Source of the DNA: an uncultured Chloroflexia bacterium
GTDB taxonomy: Bacteria > Chloroflexota > Limnocylindria > Limnocylindrales > CSP1-4
Length of the DNA: 64,000 bases
NCBI GenBank assembly: GCA_963763775.1
Contig: CAVXPZ010000004.1
Span: forward strand, 192,001-256,000
Direction of reading: 5' to 3'
Below the pieces are notes generated by a model that ran no database searches, was not told the DNA's origin, and saw nothing but the letters and a program-made list of their open reading frames with translations. This document shows positions 58,733 to 64,000 of the stretch, in pieces. The position numbers and the translations under genes were made by a program. Position 1 is the stretch's first letter; the number at the start of each line of letters is the position of its first letter.

Positions 58733-59259
58733 CCCGCGAACAGCTCCGGCAGCCGACCCGCGAACCGCTCGAGGAGCGCCGCGTTCCGCGAGACCCGATC
58801 GGCCTGGCCGGGCGGGACCTTGCCGCCGATCCAGATCCAGCCGATCGATTCGTCGAACAGTCGGTCCGAGATGCCCACCACCCGAGCGAGCGCCAGCCCC
58901 AGTCCGTCGGCGTCGGCCGCCGCCATCGGCATCTCGACCGCGAGCACCGGGCGCTCGTCCTCGCTGACGCTGAACTTCGCGAACGGGAACTCGTCGTTCC
59001 AGCGCAGGAGCTTCCGATACGACTTGCGGAACATGTCGTTGAGCGGCGGCGCGTAGTGCGCCCAGACGATGACCGCGAGCGACGGGTCGAGGATGACCGT
59101 CACGCGGAGGTCGAATCGGCGGCGGCCGTCGAGGACGAGATCCCAGGAGGCGATCCCCTCGCGTTCGGCTCGTTCGACCGGTTCGAGGCCCAGGTCGGCG
59201 AGCCAGCGCTCGACGTCGGCCGGGCGCACGGCGGGAGCGCCGGGGTCGGCGTATGGCAT
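58729..59259 (-). CDS. YbjN domain-containing protein
   Basis: 176 aa: WDLVLDG...YRKLLRWN..PFAKFSV pattern of YbjN/T3SS-chaperone-like folds. Confidence 0.7.
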   Translation of the reverse strand: MPYADPGAPAVRPADVERWLADLGLEPVERAEREGIASWDLVLDGRRRFDLRVTVILDPSLAVIVWAHYAPPLNDMFRKSYRKLLRWNDEFPFAKFSVSEDERPVLAVEMPMAAADADGLGLALARVVGISDRLFDESIGWIWIGGKVPPGQADRVSRNAALLERFAGRLPELFAG

Positions 59260-59314
59260 GGCCCGCGGAGTCTAGCCGAGAACCGTCCGGGACCGCCTCA
59301 GCAAGGGCGCGCGG

Positions 59315-60658
59315 TCACTCGTCGGGGTCGCGCCGCTTGTTCCGCGATGCGCCGACGATCACGCGTGGCGCACCAGGTTCGAGATCGCGGGCGCGGCCGG
59401 CCGCGGCCTTCGGCTCCACCGACTCGCCGCTGCGCACGACCCGTCCGACGAAGTCGGAACTCCGGATGTCAGCGGCCACGCGCACATTCCGCCCGATGCG
59501 GACGCTGCGAGGGATGACCGCGCGCTTGCCGACCACCGTGATGCCGGTGTTCAGCCGGCCGGGCTCCTGCTTGTTGGGCTTGTCGGGGAAGGGTCCATCG
59601 CCGACGAGGGCCCCCTGCCCGACGACGACCTCCTTGTCGAGGATCGCCCGGTCGACGACGGCGCCCGAGCGGATGACCGAGTCGAACATGACGATCGAAT
59701 CGCGCACGACCGCGCCCACGCCGACACGGACCCCCGGGGACAGCACCGAGTTCACGACGGTGCCCTCGATCACGCAGCCGTGGCTGATGAGGCTGCGATG
59801 GACCTGGGCCGTGGGCCCGACCTTCGCCGGCGCGCGCTCTTCCGAGCGGGTGTGGATGATCCAGTCCTTGTCGTACAGGTCCAGCTCGGGGCCGTCCTCG
59901 AGGAGCGCCATGTTGGCCTCCCAGTACGACTGGATCGTCCCCACGTCCTGCCAGTAGCCGTTGTAGCGGTACCCGTAGACCCTCGCCCCGGCCTCGAGCA
60001 TCGCCGGGATGACATTCGCCCCGAAGTCGACGCGGTCCTCGCTCAGCCACCGGCGCAGCGTCTTCTTCGAGAAGACGTAGACGCCCATCGACGCGAGGTC
60101 GCTCTTGGGCTGCTTCGGCTTCTCCTGCCACTCGGTGACTCGGTCCTGCTCGTCGAGCGCGAGGATCCCCATCCGCGAGGCCTCGGCGAGGGGCACCCGG
60201 CGGACCGCGATCGTGACGTCGGCGCGGTGCCGGCGATGCGCGGCGACGAATGGCTGGTAATCCATCTTGTAGATGTGGTCGCCGGCGAGCACGAGCACCG
60301 TGTCCGCCGAGTCGTGCTCGATGACGTTGAGGTTGCGCAGGACGGCGTCGGCCGTGCCCCGATACCACTCGGCGACCCGGCCGCGGGCGATGTACGGCTG
60401 GAGCAGCTTGACGCCGCCGGTGTTGCGGTCGAGGTCCCATGGCCGCCCGAGGCCGATGTGGTCGTTGAGGGACCGTGGGTTGTACTGGGTCAGGACGACG
60501 ACGTCATCGACGTCGGAGTTGATGCAGTTGGACAGCGTGAAATCGATGATCCGGTACTTGCCGCCGAACGGGACCGCGGGCTTGGCCCGTTCCTGGGACA
60601 GGATGGACAGCCGCTCGCCCTCCCCGCCGGCGAGGATCACCGCCATCGTCCGCTTCAT
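59315..60658 (-). CDS. glgC: Glucose-1-phosphate adenylyltransferase
   Basis: 447 aa: [54 protein letters not shown]. Confidence 0.96.
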   Translation of the reverse strand: MKRTMAVILAGGEGERLSILSQERAKPAVPFGGKYRIIDFTLSNCINSDVDDVVVLTQYNPRSLNDHIGLGRPWDLDRNTGGVKLLQPYIARGRVAEWYRGTADAVLRNLNVIEHDSADTVLVLAGDHIYKMDYQPFVAAHRRHRADVTIAVRRVPLAEASRMGILALDEQDRVTEWQEKPKQPKSDLASMGVYVFSKKTLRRWLSEDRVDFGANVIPAMLEAGARVYGYRYNGYWQDVGTIQSYWEANMALLEDGPELDLYDKDWIIHTRSEERAPAKVGPTAQVHRSLISHGCVIEGTVVNSVLSPGVRVGVGAVVRDSIVMFDSVIRSGAVVDRAILDKEVVVGQGALVGDGPFPDKPNKQEPGRLNTGITVVGKRAVIPRSVRIGRNVRVAADIRSSDFVGRVVRSGESVEPKAAAGRARDLEPGAPRVIVGASRNKRRDPDE

Positions 60659-60795
60659 CGGTCCCGCCTCCAGTCCTGGGAACCTGAGCCCGTGGGACGC
60701 GCCCCGTGCGCCGATGCTAGCACGGGCATCCCCGGCGTCGGTGAACGGGGTGTTCGCAGCGGGTCAACAGCGCGAGGACCTCGCGCGACCGGACG

Positions 60796-62217
60796 CTAGA
60801 GGAACAGTCGCGGGTTGACGAAGGTCCCGTTCAACATCACCGCCCAGTGGAGGTGGGCGCCCGTGGAGTGCCCCGTGTTCCCCTCGTAGCCGATGACCTG
60901 CCCGGCGTGCACGTGGCTGCCCTGCCCGATGTTGCCTGGGTATGCGGGCTTCATGTGCGCATACCAGGTCTGCAGGTTGGAGCTGTGCGCGATGATCACG
61001 ATCCAGGCCGGGTCGGCGCCGTCGGCGTAGTTCCAGCCGATGTATGCGATGACGCCGTCGCCCGAGGCGCGCACCTTCGTCCCCGACGGCGCCACGATGT
61101 CGATGCCGCGGTGGAAGTGGGCGCAGCTGCCCAGCGGCGGCTCCCAGGTGAACCCGGTGCACCCGAAGTTCTGGGTCACCGTGCCGGACATCGGCCACTG
61201 GAGCGTGCCGTTGTAGTCGGACGGGATGTTGCCCTGCTGGGTCTGCTTGCGGACGATCGCGGCGATCTTGCCGGCCAGCCGCTTCTGCGCGGCAGCCGCC
61301 GCGGCCAGCGCGCGTTTCGCGTTCTTCTTGTTCGCGTTGATCTTGGCGTAGGTCGCGCGCTGCGCCGCCAGGTTCTTCTGGGTGGCCCGCTCGAGCTTGC
61401 GCAGCTCCGCCTTCGCGACCTTGAGCTCGCCCAGGCTCGCGTCGAGCTCGCGCTTCTGCGCGGCGGTGTCGAGTCGCAGGCTGTTCGTGCGGTCGCGGGT
61501 GTCGCCGACCGTCTCGTGGAGCGCGGCCAGCGTCTCCTGGTCGCGCGAGATCTGCTCGGCCAGGGCCTTGTCCTGTTCCCCGACGTCAAGGTAGTAGCTC
61601 ATCTGCGTGAGCATGTCGGTGAAGGTCTGGCCGGACAGGAACGACTCGAGCATGGACGTCCGGTCCGTGTCATAGGCGCTGCGGAGCCGGTCGGCGAGGA
61701 GGCCCTGCCGCTCGCGCAGCTCCTCCTTCTTCACCGTCTCGCGAGACTCGTAGAACAACAGCAGCCGGTCGAGCTTCGCGAGGTCGTTCACGAGGCCGTC
61801 GTACTTCGACTGCACGACCGCGATGCGGTCGCCCATCCGCGTGATCTTGCGGCGGACGACCGTGAGGTCGGCGTTGATGCCCGCGAGCTGATGCCGGGTC
61901 GAGGCGATCTCCGCGGCGAGCCCGCGCTGCAGCGCCTCGAGCTGCTTGACCTGCGCTTTCTGGTCGGCGACTTCCTTCTTCTGCTGGGCGAGCCGGGCCC
62001 GCGCGTCGCTCAATTCGTCGCCCTGGGCCGCCGGCGGGTTCACCGGAGCGCCGAGGAGGCCGAACACGAACGGCATGAGCAGGAGGAGCGCCACGATCCG
62101 TCGGTTCGAGGGACCCCGCCGCGGCCTGGGCGCCGACGCCCACCCCGAGCCATCCGGCAGCGACGGCACCAGCGGCACGATGGGCGGCGTGGTCAGCGTC
62201 GGACGGTCGCGGTCCAT
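60796..62217 (-). CDS. M23 peptidase with coiled-coil (EnvC/CwlO-like murein hydrolase); start 62217 or 62244
   Basis: Signal anchor, long coiled coil, [27 protein letters not shown]. Confidence 0.92.
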   Translation of the reverse strand: MDRDRPTLTTPPIVPLVPSLPDGSGWASAPRPRRGPSNRRIVALLLLMPFVFGLLGAPVNPPAAQGDELSDARARLAQQKKEVADQKAQVKQLEALQRGLAAEIASTRHQLAGINADLTVVRRKITRMGDRIAVVQSKYDGLVNDLAKLDRLLLFYESRETVKKEELRERQGLLADRLRSAYDTDRTSMLESFLSGQTFTDMLTQMSYYLDVGEQDKALAEQISRDQETLAALHETVGDTRDRTNSLRLDTAAQKRELDASLGELKVAKAELRKLERATQKNLAAQRATYAKINANKKNAKRALAAAAAAQKRLAGKIAAIVRKQTQQGNIPSDYNGTLQWPMSGTVTQNFGCTGFTWEPPLGSCAHFHRGIDIVAPSGTKVRASGDGVIAYIGWNYADGADPAWIVIIAHSSNLQTWYAHMKPAYPGNIGQGSHVHAGQVIGYEGNTGHSTGAHLHWAVMLNGTFVNPRLFL

Positions 62218-62395
62218 GCGACGGTCGGTCTTGAGGCCTCTCACGTGGGCGATGTCATCGTGCGAGCAAGCTCCGTGGTTCGCGGCGGATCCGGAGATCC
62301 ACGCGGCGCCTTGTCGGCTACGCCCGCCGGTTCATCGCCGTCCCGATCGGGCACGACCCCAGGACGACACCGGCATCAAGGCATTCTACCGTCGG

Positions 62396-62405
62396 AGTCT
62401 AGACA
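62396..62405. promoter_or_regulatory. Near-match GntR operator AGTCTAGACA beside a minus-strand TAGAAT -10 (62383-62388)
   Basis: 9/10 match to TGTCTAGACA, in the promoter spacer upstream of the M23 gene. Confidence 0.4.
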
Positions 62406-62520
62406 GGGCCTCCCGGCCGCCCAATGGGACCTTGGTCCTATCGATGACCCGGACCCTGGGCGCCGGACGTCTGGCGCGAGAGGCCATCGGCGGGGCGGCT
62501 CCCCCGCTGCCGCGGAACCC

Positions 62521-63162
62521 CTACGGCCGGATCAGCACCGCCCAGAGCGCCCCGATGATCAGGAACGGGCCGAAGGGCACGTACGAGCGGCGGCCGATCC
62601 GGCGCGCCGCCAGCAGCACGGCAAGCGAGAGGCCCGCCACGATCAACCCGATCAGCACACCGCTGAGCGCCCGCTCGCCACCGGTCATCAGGCCGATGCC
62701 GATGAGCAGTTTCACGTCACCCATGCCGAACGCCCCCGCACCGAACGGGATCGAGGGCAGGTAGAGCACCGCCGGGATCAGGATGGCGGCGGCGATCGCG
62801 AGGACGACCTGGTCGCCGACCAGCGGGTTCTGGCCGCTGAGCGCGTACAGCAGGGCGACCGGGATGACCGGCAGGGTCAGCTCGTCCGGCAGGATCCGCT
62901 GGTCGAGGTCCGTGGCGAGGCCCACGACCAGCGTGACGAACCATGCCCCGAACAGCAGGGCCGCGAGGGGCACCGCGCCGAACCGGACCGTCAACAGCCC
63001 GAAGCAGACGACCCCGACGCCGGCCGTGAGCACCGTGCGCCAGTCGACGCGGCGGCCCGGGGGATGCTCCTCGTCGTGCTCGGGCCAGCGGGTGGCGAAG
63101 CGGTCGGCGACGACGCCGAGGATGCCCCCGGCGACCGCCAGCCCGATCGCGAGTGCGTCCAA
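62521..63162 (-). CDS. Prepilin peptidase (A24 family)
   Basis: TM helices, DLDQRILPD, GMGDVKL, VPFGPFL. Start TTG 63162 or CTG 63177. Confidence 0.87.
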   Translation of the reverse strand: MDALAIGLAVAGGILGVVADRFATRWPEHDEEHPPGRRVDWRTVLTAGVGVVCFGLLTVRFGAVPLAALLFGAWFVTLVVGLATDLDQRILPDELTLPVIPVALLYALSGQNPLVGDQVVLAIAAAILIPAVLYLPSIPFGAGAFGMGDVKLLIGIGLMTGGERALSGVLIGLIVAGLSLAVLLAARRIGRRSYVPFGPFLIIGALWAVLIRP

Positions 63163-63173
63163 ACCGGGTGGCG

Positions 63174-64000
63174 TCAGTCGGCGGCTGCGCCCGCGAGCGC
63201 CAGCTCGACGAGCGTCGCATGCGACGCGCCGGTCGCGCCGCGTGGCGCGTACGAGGTGGGCTTGCGGAAGTACGCGGTCCCGGCGATGTCGAGGTGGACC
63301 CACGGCTTCGTGACGAACTCGCGCAGGAAGAGCCCGCTCTTGACGAGCGAGCCCTCGGCACTGCCCGAGTTCTGGAGGTCGCCGTACCACGACTCCATCT
63401 CGGGCACGTAGTCATCGACGAGCGGCAGCTGCCAGTAGCGCTCGCCGGCCCGGTCGCCGGCCGCGACGACCTGGTCGTAGAAGTCCTGCGGGCGACCGAA
63501 CGCGCCCGTCACGAGGTGGCCGAGCGCGCGAGAGACGGCGCCCGTGAGCGTCGCCACGTCCACGACGTGCGTGGCGCCCAGCTGCTCGGCGTACGTCATC
63601 GCGTCGCCGAGGATGAGCCGACCTTCGGCATCCGTGTTCGTGATGTCGACCATCTTCCCGTTGAGCGCGCGGACGATGTCGCCGGGCCGCGTCGAGTGCG
63701 GGCCGGGCATGTTCTCGACGGCGGGGGCGAGGGCCAGGAGCGGGGTGCCCGGGGCGAGCCGGGCGACGGTCGCGATGGCCGCGATCACGGTGCAGGCACC
63801 GGTCTTGTCCATCTTCATCTCTTCCATCCGGTCCGACGGCTTGATGCTGATGCCGCCCGAATCGAAGCAGACGCCCTTGCCCACGATCGCCAGGTGCCGC
63901 CCGAGCGCGTCGCGCTCCCCGGCGCCGCCGGACCGGAGGACGATCATCCGCGGCGGGTTGTCGCTGCCCCGCCCGACGGCCATGAACATCCCCATGCCGA
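63174..64000 (-). CDS. pepA: Leucyl aminopeptidase (M17), N-terminus outside the window
   Basis: VGKGVCFDSGG, MKMD, NTDAEGRL, DVATLTGA, WVHLDIAG. Confidence 0.95.
   Translation of the reverse strand, partial: GMGMFMAVGRGSDNPPRMIVLRSGGAGERDALGRHLAIVGKGVCFDSGGISIKPSDRMEEMKMDKTGACTVIAAIATVARLAPGTPLLALAPAVENMPGPHSTRPGDIVRALNGKMVDITNTDAEGRLILGDAMTYAEQLGATHVVDVATLTGAVSRALGHLVTGAFGRPQDFYDQVVAAGDRAGERYWQLPLVDDYVPEMESWYGDLQNSGSAEGSLVKSGLFLREFVTKPWVHLDIAGTAYFRKPTSYAPRGATGASHATLVELALAGAAAD

Noticed and set aside
62218-62380. c-di-AMP (ydaO) riboswitch in the M23 gene leader
   Set aside because: The conserved ydaO sequence blocks are not recognisable by eye.

Overview
High-GC bacterial chromosomal DNA, densely coding. 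The lipoproteins with PSAAA linkers and the gene styles suggest an uncultured Chloroflexota (Limnocylindria/Ellin6529-like) or actinobacteria-like organism, but this is inference only. No rRNA, tRNA, CRISPR array, transposase or integrase was recognised. Bases 1-49 kb form a catabolic island with five parts: (i) a bxl-like xylooligosaccharide cluster (GH3, ABC transporter, LacI with CGAAAGTTTCG operators); (ii) a ROK-headed operon (FAD oxidoreductase, phosphotriesterase-like, MetE-core-like, amidase); (iii) an amino-sugar regulon scattered over 36 kb and tied together by a repeated TGTCTAGACA operator (Gfo/Idh/MocA, TIM-barrel isomerase, ABC transporter, nagA; SIS, GntR, ROK kinase; deoC); (iv) a 12-gene orphan catabolic operon; (v) the most unusual unit, an operon combining a xanthine-dehydrogenase-family Mo enzyme with two complementary incomplete PEP-utilizing phosphohistidine proteins, sharing a TCGAT-N-ATCGA operator with an SDR/MBL operon. 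Bases 49-64 kb hold envelope and housekeeping genes (GT39-like, GtrA, MsiK-like ATPase, NUDIX, GNAT, TPR, pncB, gluzincin-like surface protein, YbjN, glgC, M23, prepilin peptidase, pepA). A 166-nt rod-like palindromic element, with a degenerate relative 7 kb away, lies between convergent genes. About a dozen genes carry apparent +1 insertions, most likely long-read consensus errors, so several calls join two ORF-track frames.
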